A model generated the notes under the pieces. The model did not search any database. It was not told the origin of the DNA and saw only the letters and a list, made by a program, of their open reading frames with translations. The position numbers and the translations under genes are program-made. Positions 1 through 13,223 of a stretch of 64,000 nucleotides of DNA are shown here, in pieces. Source of the stretch: Azolla caroliniana (Eukaryota > Plantae > Polypodiophyta); the NCBI GenBank assembly GCA_043228905.1, contig JBHGNT010000007.1, forward strand, positions 10,850,001-10,914,000, read 5' to 3'. The number at the start of each line of letters is the position of its first letter. Position 1 is the first letter of the stretch.

Positions 1-1400
1 AGTTCCAACTAAGAGATGGCAGGAATCCACCAAGATACAAAGCCTGAATTGTGGTGAAACAATTTCAGCAGAAGTAGGGTGTAGAATTTGACGAAATATT
101 TGATCCGGTCGTGAAGATGAAATCCATCCAGACAATTCTAAGCATAGTAGCTAGCAAGGACTTTGAAGTCGAACATTTGGATGTCAAGATAGCTTTCTTG
201 CATCGAGATTTGGAAGAAGAAATGTACGCGTAACAACTGGAAGGGTTCGTGGATGAAGGAAAGGAAAACTTGGTATTCCGGCGAAAGAAAAGCTTGTCCA
301 GGGGTTCAAGGAAGCACCCTGGCAATGGTACTGAAAATTCGAGTCCGTCATGGTAGAACATGACTTCCACAAGATGCAAGTGAACCATTCTGTCTTCATG
401 AAGAGATATGACGGAGGAGACTTCCTGATCCTCTTGTTGTACGTTGACGACATGCTGATTGTTTAACAGGACCCGAGGAAAATTGGAAGCTTGATGAAGG
501 CCTTTAGCAAGGCGTTCACAATGAAGGATATGGGTCCGGCAAATTAAATACTAGGAATGCACACTGTTCGGGACATGATAAAGAAGTTGTTGTGGCTGTC
601 ACAAGAGAGATACGTGACAAAGGTGCTCCAAAGATTCAACATGGAAAACGTGAAGCCGGTCAGCTCGACATTGGTGATAAATTACAAGTTGTTTGGGAGA
701 CAATGTCCAAAGACAAAAACGGAGAAGGTTGAGATGAGCAAGATCCCATACGCCTCAATAGTCGGAAGCTTGATGTACGTGATGGTCTGCACCGGGCTAC
801 ACATTGGATATGATGTCAGCATTGTCAACTGGTATATGAGCAATTCCAGATGAGAGCATTGGGTTGTGGTGAAGTGGATACTCCGATACTAGAGAGGTAC
901 CTCGAGCGTGTGCCTTTGATTTGGCTCAATTAATCCCAACCTAGAAGGTTTCACTAACTCAAAGAAATTGGGTGATGTGGATACCAGCTGGTCCACGTCT
1001 GGGTATGTGATGTTATATGCAGGAGGAGTTGTTTCGTGGCAATCAAGGTTGCAGAAGATTGTGGCATTTTCGACCATAGAAGCAAAATACATGGTTGTTG
1101 TTGAAGCCGGAAAGGAGATGATTTTGATAAAGGATTTCATCGATGAGTTGGGGATTTAGAAAGAGCAATTTTGACTCCATTGTGACAATCAAAATGGCAT
1201 CCACCATGCAAAGAATGTTGCCTATCACGCGAGAATTAAGCACATCCAACAGAGATATCATTGGCTTAGAGAGAGGGTAGAAGAAAGGGATTTCTACTTG
1301 GTGAAGATTCACATGGACGAAAATGGATCGAACGTGCTAACCAAGCTGTTGCAAATGGACAAGTTGAAAGCATGTCGATAATGAGTAGGTTTGGTGGATC
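1..1400 (+). pseudogene. Degenerate Ty1/copia pol fragment (reverse transcriptase + RNase H)
   Basis: Copia RT/RH motifs across broken frames: LDVKIAFLH, LLYVDDMLI (~430-460), YASIVGSLMYVM, SWQSRLQKIVAFSTIEAKY, KHIQQRYHWLRE; multiple stops and frameshifts. Confidence 0.9.
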
Positions 1401-1427
1401 ATCCCATTATGGAGTGAAGAGGGAGTT

Positions 1428-1900
1428 TATTGGGAAACAATTTCCTCCGAATGGCGTGCATTGGTCAGCTGGATCTGGATGTGGAACCGGATTGGCCAGG
1501 AAGACATCCGACATGCATCCGGATTTCGGATTCCGGAAAGCATCCAGATTCCCCATATAGTCGTATCCGATTAGAGGCTATATTTTTAAATAACCATTAC
1601 AACATATAAGTATATATATACTTAGGGCTAACATGTTGGCATGTGTGGTAGAGTTAGTTAACAATATATATACAGTGAGAGAGAGTGAGTGCGAACTCTA
1701 TTGTAACCGTCGGTTTGGCGAAGAGGAGCATAAGGTTATTGCCTTATAGTCTCCTGTGTACTTCTTCTCCCACTCTAGTGATTATTTGGAGTTTGTGATC
1801 TCCTATGGTCATTGTGCCATTGCATCATCTCTATGTTTAACATTCAATTTTCCCGTCTTGTGCTTGCGAATCAGTTGTGTTTGAGCCCCATTTCCAAACA
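1428..1900 (+). mobile_element. 3' LTR of copia element 1
   Basis: Follows the polypurine tract GGAGTGAAGAGGGAG (1411-1425); begins TATTGGG (decayed TGTTGG) and ends CCAAACA. Confidence 0.65.
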
Positions 1901-2062
1901 AAAAGTATAATAAAATCACCAACAACAAATTGTTTAACATACACACAGTAGTTCTACAATGGTCCTTCCATAACCTTGACTCACAATAAAAGAATCAAAC
2001 TTTTTATACCATTTTCTCGATGTTTGTTTCAAGCCATAAAGACTCTTTTTCGACTTACATAC

Positions 2063-2353
2063 TGTTGAGAATCAAACTCAACTTTCCTAGTGTGGGAACA
2101 CACCTTAGCATACCCTAGTGTGTGAACACCCCGCCTCCTAATGTAGTAACTAGTGTCTCATAGAACGTTAAAGTTCTATGACACATATTTAGTGTAGTTA
2201 AGTCTCCACCTCTCTTTAGTAAGTGGTGGTTGTAGAAAGAGAATATAGAGAGAAGGTGACTACATAAGCACCCGTCTCCTCGTCCTTGTAATTGTTGGTT
2301 GGTTATTGTATTCTCTTGTGAATATAATTTTCTGTTTTTCCTTATAACTCCGT

Positions 2354-2397
<44 letters not shown>

Positions 2398-3645
2398 TCA
2401 TGATCTCGACTACACAATACATGTACACACCTTCTGCTGCATAGAATCATATCTTATTCTTTACATGGTATCAAAGTGCTTGGTAGCTTGATCCAAGTTC
2501 ATCCGTGCGTGTTGTGTCTAAGCCCACGTTCACGAAGAACCGGCAAATCCCTATAGCAACAACCTGCACAACTCGTATTAAGAGAAGAAGGAGAAGAAAA
2601 CTCGCTCCATACAAATTGATCAACATGAACATTCAGATGGGAACCTCTTTTCCTATCGAGAAACTCGACAAAAAAAACTTCACATCTTGAGAATACAAGA
2701 TGCACCAATCCCTTATCGGTCAAGGCTATTGGGGTTACATCGAGGGAGCAAAAGAAAATCAACCCAACCCGACACACGCCGACGACCCAGGATGGGAGTA
2801 AGCTGCAAGCTGTGTGTTGTACTGTCTTCCATCATGTGTTCATGATCACATGTTCGGCTACAACCGAGAGGCCAAAACGATGAAGGAGGCATGGGGGAAC
2901 CTCAAGAGAATTTTCCTGGGCAACACGGTTGCACACAAACATCAACTCCGTCAGGATTTGACCAGTATTCAACAAAGGGACATTTTGATCGCCAACTACA
3001 CCTTAAAGATCATGGAGTTGTGCGACGCCCTTGGGTCCATCAATGTTAGTATCAACAATGATAAAATGGTGCAGATATGCCTCGACGGCCTAGCACCTCG
3101 GTTTGATGCAATAAGGTCACCTGACTGTGTGAGGGAGAACCCTCCCTCCTTCGATCTCCAGTCGATGCCGCTAGTCAAAGAAAATCATGTTCAGACAAGA
3201 AGGACCAGTATTGAACCAAGGGACATATTGATCGCCAGCTACACCTTAAAGATCAAGAAGTTGTGTGACGCCCTAGGGTCCATCAATGTCAGTATCAATG
3301 ATGATGAAATGGTGCAGATATGCCTCAGTGGCCTAGCACCTCGGTTCGATGCACTAAGGTCAGCTGACTTCGCGAGGGAGAACCCTCCCTCCTTCGATGT
3401 ACAGTCGATGTTGCTGGTCAATGAAATTCATGTTCGGACAAGAAGCAATGTGCAAAAAGGACACATGCTCTATTCGAATTTCAATGGAGCAAGAGGACCT
3501 GGTTGATGTGGAAAGCTGACCTACATAAAAAATGTCTTGCATGTTCCAATTATAATAAAGAATTCGGTCTTAGTTGGCGAGATTGTGGAACAAGGCATGC
3601 AGGTTCGATCCAATGACGAAGGCTGCTTCATTAAAAAGGAAGGCT
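2063..3645 (+). mobile_element. Truncated Ty1/copia element 2: 5' LTR (2063-2465), tRNA-Met PBS (2466-2477), degenerate gag/protease
   Basis: LTR TGTTGAG...TTACA followed by TGGTATCAAAG; gag start MGTSFPIEKL..YKMHQ..GYW is homologous to the gags at 21790 and 32018; ends in NVLHVPIIIKNSVLVG-like protease-region sequence. Confidence 0.85.
2960..3445 (+). repeat. 243-bp tandem duplication inside copia gag
   Basis: Peptide RDILIA.YTLKI..LCDALGSINVSIN.D.MVQICL occurs twice; the antisense ORFs 2996-3178 and 3239-3421 are offset by 243 bp. Confidence 0.9.
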
Positions 3646-6600
3646 ATGTATGGCTATTCAGGATATATGGCAAGTAAAGATGTTGGATGTAGGAAATTTG
3701 TTGTTAGGAAGAGCACAATATGTTATCATGAAATTTCATAATAAAAAGGTTGGCTTTTTGAATTTGTCTGCTCCTAATTCTTCTAGAGAACGATTGAAGA
3801 TGTGGATTGAATTGGATAGTTCATTACCAACTGTAGATCATTGGTGTATAACAGGAGGCTTTAATGTGATTGAGGATCCTGAGGACAGGAGTGGTGAAGG
3901 TGGAGCAACAGTGCATGGTTTAGAATTATCCGCTTGGGAAAAATTTACTATAAGTAGAAGGTTGTTGGATGTTTGGCATTTACCATCCTTCGGAAAATTG
4001 CATAACTCTTTAATGTTTTCTAGATATGATAGAAGAGTAAATGGGGCAAATCTGTCAAGAATTGATAGGATTTATGTTGATGATTTATTTGCGGAGATAG
4101 GAGGGAGTGTTGGCATTTATCAAGGTACGACTTTCTCCGATCATGCCCCAGTTGTATTACAACTTAATGATGGGAAAAAACATAAGCAACAAGGGAGAAT
4201 AAGGATTCCACCGGAATTGTTTACAGAATCCATAATTACTGAACAAGTTATGTATATATGGAGACAAACTTTATTGCAAATTGGAAATGTGGCCTTGACA
4301 ATATCACATATTAGTACTTTTTTAATCTCTTGGGCATAGGGGAAAAGGGAAAGATGTACACAGAAAATTATCAGTATGCATCATGCCTTGACATCGTTGC
4401 AACATTTTCAAGAAAGGGATCCATTATGTGAATGGACAGCAAATGCTTTACGAAGTTGCATTAAGTAGGAAATGTGTGTGGGACAAAATTAAGCCAAAAG
4501 TTAGAAATGAAATGAAGGTTGCATTACTTAAGCCCTTTGACATTATGGAAATACATAATGCACTTCGAGCTTTAAGTCTTATGTCTTGTCCAAGGGAGGA
4601 TGGAATTACTCCACATTTTTTCCTCAAATATTGGGAATATATTGGGGAAGAATTAACAAAAGCCTATCAAAGAATTTTGGACACGAGGTACATGCCTCGT
4701 AGTATGGCAGTTGGCTTGATTTATTTAATACCTAAGGTTGAAGGTATATAAGATGATATTAGAAAATGGAGACCAATAACTTTGTTAAATACAATATATA
4801 AAATCTTCGCAAAAACATTGTCATTGAGATTGCAACCTTTCTTACATGATTTGATTCATATCACCCAAACAGGTTTTATTCAAGAAAGAAGTATACTGGA
4901 TAATTTGTTCTTGTTTTGGGAAGCCATTGCCTTGGCTTGGAAGAAAAAAGAGGATTTAGTGATTTTGTTACTTGACTTTGAAAAATCATATGATCATGTT
5001 GATTGGGAGCTCCTTCAGGGTACTCTTGTAAGATTGGGTTTTCTGGAGAAATGGGTGACAGAAGTGTCTTCTTTGTATAATTCAGCATACAGTTCTATTT
5101 TGGCAAGAGGGGTTAAAGGTGATGAGTTTCAAATTCCACTTGCACCATATTTATTTTTGTTTTCTGGTGAAGCGATGAGTTTGTTTTTGATTGATAAAGA
5201 GGTTGGATTGAAAGGAATAGCAATGCCCATTGATGGGACAAATGTTGTTGATGTAGAATTTGTTGATTTTACAAGTTTGTATCTGGATGGTCAGAATAAT
5301 AATGTGCAAAAAATGTACACAGCAGTGCAAACATTTTGTATGGCTTCAGGTGCATCAATTAATTGGAATGAATCAATAGGTTTTTTGGTATCGTCCAATT
5401 CCACAACTCCACAATGGAGTCCTCATCCAGATTTCCAATGGGTTCCCGAGGGCACTTCAGTTAGATATTTGGGATGTCAAGTAGGTTTGAATATTTCTTC
5501 AGAAATTCAGGTTGCTTCTTTGCTATTGAAAATTAGGAAAAAACTTTGGTTTTGGAGTAAAGCTAAACTATCATTTGCGGGTAGAGTGATAGTCGTTAAT
5601 CAAGTTTTGTTGTCTAGTCTCTGGTATATTATGTCACGTTGGAGTTTTTCGAGATCATGTATGGGAGAATTGAAAAGATTGATTCGAAATTATTTGTGGT
5701 CTGGTAATGATGGAAGCAATGCTAGGCCAAGAGTCTCTTGGTCCACAATTGTTAAGCCATTGGATCAAGGAGGATTAGGGATTGTAGATCCATTACAACA
5801 ATCCAAAGCTTTGATGACAAAATTGAGGATTCGAGGATTGTTTCTAGAATCGGAACCTTCGAAGCAATTGTTGTTTTATGAATTGCAAAGGTTTTGGCCC
5901 AAGACGGGTGGAGATTGGAGGCCTAGTTTTAGTTAGATGGGCTTTTATGGAACATAACAAATTGGCTATTGCTACAAATTGGGAAGAGAGATTTGCTCGA
6001 TGTTTTCTTAATGCATGGAAAGATATTTCTCTTGATTTAGTTAAGACATTGCCAAAAACAAAATCTGAATTTTGTAGACAACCTCTAATTTGGAATTCAT
6101 GGTTGACTGACCAAAGAGGACAAATGTTGGGAATGCGTACTAGATGTGCATGGGCCGAATTAGATCGTGGGCAAGCATAGTCTATAGGTGCATAGACAAC
6201 ATTTCTGTCTAAACCTATAGATGAAGAAATGATATTAATTAGTAATATAAGGGGTGGGAAGATAATGTATTCTACGATCTAGAGTGCCCTTTTTAATGTT
6301 CAAATGCAAATTGGATTGCTACACAGAAGTGGATGGGTTTATTTACTCCATTGGATGTTTTAATTGGAGTTAAAGCCTATATTGGGGAACAAGAGTGTAT
6401 GAGTTTTGATGTACAAGATGATGGTAGGTTAATCTTTACACCTATGGAAAATGATTTGTTTAGGTTTTGTTTACATAAAGAAGTGAGGGTGATTGCAAAT
6501 GATGGATCAAATTGGGTCTTTGATCCGGATCCTCAAAAGGTGATTTTGTTTTGGAGGATTTGGATATTGGAAAAGAGACCAATATCTACATTAACTTGGG

Positions 6601-7565
6601 ATCCTGGAGAACTATATTGGAAAGTGTGGGTGCAAGATACCATCAAATACGTGTCGTTCTTTCACTATTCTATGAAGATTGGTAGGAAAATATTAGGTGC
6701 TAGATCATGGAAAGAACCAACTGCAAATGTTGTTTGGAGACAAAATGAACTTTCTCCACAACATCTTAAACAATTTTGGAAATGGTTATGGGGTATAAAT
6801 ATGAGTAGGAAAATTGTTTGTTTTCGATGGTTGTTGGTTCATAATGCTATACCAGTTAATGGGTGGCGAAAAGGAAATGTAGACAAGATGTGCCCTTTCT
6901 GTACATATGTATAGAGACTGCTAAACATTGTTTGTGGTGTTGTGGTGTTGTGGTTTTGCTCTGAACATATGGAAACAAATCATAAAATTATTAACTCCAA
7001 TATATCCTAGAGCAGTTTACACATGGGCTGCAGTATTATGGGCGGTGGTACATGATAAACCGATGGTGTATGAACATCAGGAGGTTGCAGATGTTATTAT
7101 GATGAGACATGGTTTGATGGAAAAAAAATTGACCCCTCTGAATCCACAAATACAAACTGATAAACCTTTAATATGGCAATTGGGAAGTAGTTTTACAATT
7201 TGGTATATTTGGAAGGCTCGATGTTTGAAGGTATTTCAAAATGTGACTAAAAGACCTACCCAAATAATATCGGGAATTTGGATAGAGATTGTGCATAATC
7301 TCAGAGGGATTTTGGATAGTATAAAAGGTAATACGCATCAAGCGGAGCTTAGGCTCGTGGAGTTTCATGCCATTTGGGACATAGGTATATTTTATAGACA
7401 ACGTTTTGATAAGGTGGAGTGGTTCTACTCTACACCAAAGTGTTTATTAAAGTCGATGGTTAGAATTTAGAAAAACATAGGGGATCGTGGTATATCTTGT
7501 ATGTTTAGCCATATGGCGTTTTGTAATACTAATGTAGTATCTTTTTTTGGAAAGAAAAAAAAAAA
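3646..7565 (+). mobile_element. 5'-truncated, degenerate L1/Tx1-type LINE (ORF2: APE endonuclease C-half, RT, zf-RVT) with poly(A) tail
   Basis: EN motifs GGFNV, SRIDRIYV, SDHAPV; RT motifs WRPITLLNTIYKIFAK, QTGFI, LLDFEKSYD, PLAPYLF, FVDFT (FADD position), RYLG, GGLGI; C-terminal CPFC..H and WYIWKARC; A-rich tail at ~7551-7565. Confidence 0.93.
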
Positions 7566-7743
7566 GGTGGTTCTAAGGCAGAAGCTTGAGCTATATGCCA
7601 AGCTTGCTTGCATGGACATGAATTGAGACACAAGAAAACTTCTCCTTAGGTGACCAAAGGGACAGATTCTTGAAGTGTCTGGTCACTTTAACCTTTTTTC
7701 TTGTATGAATGGGCAATGGATGCCCTTTTAGTTATTTTTAAAA

Positions 7744-8400
7744 GGGAAAAGTACCAAGATACCCCTAGAAGTTTGTTTATTTACCAGAATGCCCCTCCAA
7801 ATTTACCAAACTACGCCTATCTCCAAAAAAATACACATTATAAAGTAATTATACACTCAAATCTACAAGCCCTATTTACCAAAATACCCTTAAACCTAAA
7901 CTTATTTACCATAATGCCACTATATACCTATTTTGACCCATTTATACCACTTTTATTTTTCAAAATACGTCATAAATTAAACAAAATTATCAAATTTATA
8001 TTATATATCAAAAACTTCAATTGAAAGGTCACCTTAAAATCCAATTCTATGGATTTACTCCGAGTTATACTGCCTTAATCCCATAAAACCAAAATTTGTG
8101 ATTGAAGTGACTAAAATGTAATCTTAAAACCAAAACATTTGATCGCACACCAAATTTTACCATTGTGATGCCATTTTGAAGCCAAATTCCATGATTTTGT
8201 GGATTCACAAACAATTTGCGGCCAAAATGTTAAACCAAATCTCACGAAAAACTTTGCTACCAAAATGTCATTTTAAACGAAATCTCACATAACACTTTGC
8301 TATTAAAATGCCATCTTAAACCAAATTTCATGATATACACTAAATTTTGTTAGCAAAATGCCATCACAACTAAATCTCCCCAATCTCATCAACTTCAAAA
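7744..8400 (+). mobile_element. Possible DNA-transposon (Mutator-like) terminal remnant
   Basis: Starts GGGAAAAGTACCAAGATACCCCT and carries repeated TTACCA(G/A)AAT(G/A)CCC and AAAATGCCAT motifs typical of MULE-type TIRs; no partner TIR found. Confidence 0.3.
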
Positions 8401-9719
8401 ATACTTCACTCTAGTGTATAGAGGTAGGGTGTGTTTCCCTCATTGAGGGTTTTTCCACGCTAAATCATGTCATCTTGTCTTTCTTTGATCATTGCTCCTT
8501 AATATTCAAGCTTAAAACACTACACTCGTTACACTCTCACACTTCTATACCTTTCATAGTTCTATTGGGTGGTTTGCTCGTATATTCAAGAATCATATTG
8601 GACATAGAAACCGAACGTTATTGAATCTTTATTGCAATGAAAGTTTCTACCTCCTTTATATATATATATATGTCAATGATAGGTTCACATGGAAAAAGAA
8701 AGAGTGTTTATCCATCTTTTCATTCCGTCAACATAAGCCAAGAGAGCCGCTCAAAATTGTAGGTTGTTTTATGGAGTACGATATCCCAGGAAATTCTGCC
8801 TTCATCACAAGCCCCTTAATTTAGAAAAACGTTGAGTTTAAAGAATGAGGCAGTAGAGTTGATGAAGTGGTTGGCTGGTAGGGAAGGGGAAGGGGAAGGG
8901 GAAGGGCCAGGGCCAGGGCCAACACATGATGGCGGCAGAAAAGGTGGCGCTCTTGCTTTTCCTTCCATAATTTATAATTCATTACAATGAAATGATATGA
9001 TGACTCGCATTTCCTTTTCTCGGGAAACTTTTCTACACGATTTAATGCTCTTGGTAGATACCAAAGTCATAGAGCCCACTTTCATGCATGTACTACTACT
9101 ACTACTACATTATTGTATATATTATATGAGACGGTGCGATCATTCCTTTGCTCGTATTTCCTTGTCCATTATCTAATTACAACACCACCACTACTAGTAA
9201 GTACCCTCTACATCTCAAACCTTTCCCTCCTCCTCATCCCTTCCATATATCCTATCTATCTATCTATCTATCTATCTATATTATATGGATGTACCTTTCT
9301 TTTATTTGAGGATGCAACTTGATGGAATTCCCTAAAGACGTCTGGCTCCCCTCATTTACGCCCTATAAAACAAGCCATGGTGATGTGGGTTGGGTGGTGT
9401 AAGAGCAAACTCAGAAAACACAATGATGCGCGCTGGGTCTTATATTTTACTCGTTCATTCATTACAAGGGAACAAAAAGCAGCCGCTTCAATATAAAGTT
9501 GGAGAGGAGTTTCTCTAATTGTAATGCAAGAATAATGGAATTATGATGATTACTGGAAGCTGATCGATGGGACAAGCAAGTAAGACCCATCTATTCATAA
9601 TGATGATAATGACTCAAAAGGAGCAAAAGGTAGAAACCAGTAGTTACTTAGAATTCATTTTCACAATCTACTGCAAAAAGCAAGGACACGTGGGTATCCC
9701 TTGAGGTTGGTTTGATGGG

Positions 9720-9766
9720 GAAGAAGAAGAAGAAGAAGAAGAAGAAGAAGAAGAAGAAGAAGAAGA
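9720..9766. repeat. (GAA)n microsatellite
   Basis: Pure GAA run visible in sequence. Confidence 0.95.
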
Positions 9767-10122
9767 ATATATGGATGGCTCCCTCGCTCACTCACTGAAC
9801 ATAAAAATATCGCTTCAAGTTTTGGAAATTTAAGAATGTCGGTAGATCCTCTAGCTCATGTGGAAAGACAATTTTAAATGTGAATGTGCGGGCGGATGAG
9901 ACAGGTTGATGGTGGTGATATATTATTCCTTCGTGAGCCACAACGACTCATGCCCAAGAACCCTCCTAATCCATCCTGTGAAGGCATGTGTGTTTGTTGG
10001 TATGGACTAGGGAGAAGATATGATGAGATAATAAGTGCGTGTCTACTACTACATACATACACTTTAATGAGAGAACGGTATGCTTGGATAAATAATATTC
10101 CACATTCCAATGACACACACAA

Positions 10123-10126
<4 letters not shown>

Positions 10127-10179
<53 letters not shown>
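10127..10179. repeat. (GA)n microsatellite (others at ~2356-2395, 12619-12661, 13169-13212)
   Basis: Pure dinucleotide runs visible in sequence. Confidence 0.95.
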
Positions 10180-10183
<4 letters not shown>

Positions 10184-12610
10184 CTAAAGTAGAGGGGTGA
10201 ACGTGAATGAATGAATGAAGAGAGCGGAGAGAGGAGAGGGACTCGGTGATTGGCTGCGTGAGTACTTGAGTGTCTTTAGAAGAGGTGGAGAAAAGAATAT
10301 AATTTTCTTAATAAACTTACAAATGAGGCGGAACAGATACATACATACATATATACTACATACATACTAGTAGTAGTAGTAGTACGTCATAAAGTAAATG
10401 AATGAGTGGCGCCCGGCCTGATAGACGGGCTGACTAAGAACACACACTCACACACCCAGAAAGAAAAGAAAAGAAAGAAAGCCAATTTGGAAAAAGGAAG
10501 AGGCAGGTTCTAGAGTACTATCTAATTATTAATAATACCATACACACAACGAGAGGGAGTGCTGCTACTATTACTAGTAACTACTACTACATCGGCTATG
10601 ACTGTTTGTATGTATGCATCCGGTAATAATAAATAGCAGTAGGAGGAGTAGTGCATTCACATTCAACCGGGCCCTATGTTTTCTATTTAATATGTATGCA
10701 TGTATGTGTATGATGGCAATTTAGAGGAGGAATGGAATATGTATGTACATATATACACAACCATGACACGGTTCCGTCTTGTTGGAACGAATAAAATGTT
10801 GACCAATTAATGATTTGCCTTTTCTTGGGTATCATTAAATGACCCTCCTGTCTTGTTCGAAGGTTCCATTATTAACCCAATCCTACTACAGTCACATCAA
10901 CCTTTTTCTCTAGGTTTGAAAGTTCTAACCAGGCAGCGGACTTTCTAACTCGGACGTGTTACTTGCTTACATTTAACTACAAGGGCATCGAAAGAGATAG
11001 ATGGTTAATTTTACTATGCATATATATTCCCCATTTAGCTGGTGCATGCTTCCGTTTCAAAGGAAGGTATACATTAAAGCCAGCCAATTTTTCACTAGAC
11101 TTTTCACTCAGTTTCAAATCTCTGTGTGTGAATGCTTTTATTACCAGATGCCTGCCTGCCATTGGGGGAATGTTGGTGATTGTTATGAATGATAGGCACA
11201 TGCATGACCCTAATACTCGAGGGGATTGGGTCTCCTGCTCCCACAACATAACTAACTTACCAGCTATAACCGTCCCCACAACTTGAATCAACTATCTTAA
11301 GAAAAACATCATGTTTTTATTCAACCAATAAATTAACATGTAACAATCAATATTCAGGTAAAGTAGCACATTAAGATTCTGAGCCTTCTTTCTACGTTGA
11401 CGCTAAAAATAGTGGGAACTCGGGACTATAAGTTTTGAGGACATAAAACACAAATCCATGACAAATAGGTCAACCCCACACGAAAGAAAAAGAAATAGAC
11501 TCACTCAATCAAGATTTATACACTATGGTCGAAGACTTAGGATGTCCTGCCCTATTTCGATTGATCTATCTATACGAATGTCTTTGCACATGATTCTTCT
11601 GCCTTTGTAAAAGTTTCTGATGCCTGTAACATTTGTGCTAAACATTTACCAAGAATGTTTCGATTATGTCATTGTATTTGCTAACGTCTTTTGCATTCCT
11701 TTGGATGATTGACAATGTAATGTGAGGGTTTACGATGATAAGGATTTCAAAGTCAGGATTATCAAGAATAAGCAAACAATCATCACGCAATTAGTATGTG
11801 CCATCAAAGGAATATTTGTGGAATATATTGATCAACTTGCCAAAACTCGTTAACCTTGTCTTCATCCTAAGGTAATTATTATTTGTAGGAGCATATAATT
11901 AAGCTAATTGTTTGATTGGACTGAAGCCTCTGTTTTGCAAACCAACAATCCAATTCTTCCTCCTACAACGTACGACTGTAGGCCACTTACTTTGACCACA
12001 TGTTTCTTCTACATTGCTCATTTTGTCCTTTCGGTCTCATGATTCATCAAGTTTAACACAACAGTCTCCGAATATTTGTTGCAGGGATCTCAGGGTTAGA
12101 AAGAGGCATACACGCATACACAGGATTGGATTACGTTCAAGAAGAGAAAACGAGTAGATAACAAAGATTCAGTTGATACATATACCATTTAATTACCAAC
12201 TAATAGATCTGCTCAATCCTAAGACTATATAATTACAAACGCATATCTCCAACCAAGCCTAGCTAAATGGAAGTCTTCTAATTACATCTTGTCAAACAAT
12301 ACAAATTTTTGAATGATCGGTTCAGAAGGCGGGGTTTGGCACATTTGAACTGGGAGCATCTCCTGCGTGTGATTATTAATTAATCAGGTATTTATTGGAA
12401 ATCTAACTTGAGAGGTGGAGGATTGGTCTACTATTTAGCAGCAACAACATGACTTGAACGATCTTCCTCCGCCAGTGATATGTATACATATATATATATA
12501 TTAGATCCATCTATGTCTTTTTAACGGTGTGGTAGATAGCTGGATGTCATCAATGTGAGAGTTTCAATTATCATCTCACATTAAAAAAGCAAGCGCATCG
12601 TAAGATTACA

Positions 12611-12662
<52 letters not shown>

Positions 12663-12732
12663 AATACATTGCAACATAGATTAGGAATTTTGCTGTAAGC
12701 CACATATAATTTTTCTTATATATAATATCCAA

Positions 12733-13165
12733 TCAACCTGTTGAACCGATGGACATGGTAAGCTCGAGAGAGACTTGAGTGCTGCTTGGAGCTGCATAGC
12801 TGCTAGACTTGGAATTAGAGGATAATTTGAGGGTACTGTCTACGAAATCGTGACTATGATGATGGGAAGCTAGATCATGAGCATTGGCTATAAACAAACT
12901 TGCATCATCGGAGGGCGAGTTTGCGTTAATATATTGTCTGTCATCAGAGTGATGAAGATGATGATGATGATGATGGTATAAGCCATCACCAAAATGAGCA
13001 TTGCTGGGCCCTTGGACCTTACACCTTGTTGGATGCCTGTGCCTCATCCGTTCATCGTGTATTGTCCTCTCTCCATCGTCATCCTACATACATACATAAT
13101 GTTCTGTGTGTGTGTGTGTGTGTTCATCGTATGAAAGAATATGTAGCAGTTGTAAACTAACATAA

Positions 13166-13223
<58 letters not shown>

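Noticed and set aside
3630-7580. Target-site duplication around the LINE
   Set aside because: Only AAAAAGG is shared and it merges with the poly(A); the copia sequence does not resume after the LINE.
8530-12500. Short ORFs (60-107 aa) downstream of the GARP gene
   Set aside because: No recognisable domains or coherent splice structure; several are built from microsatellites.
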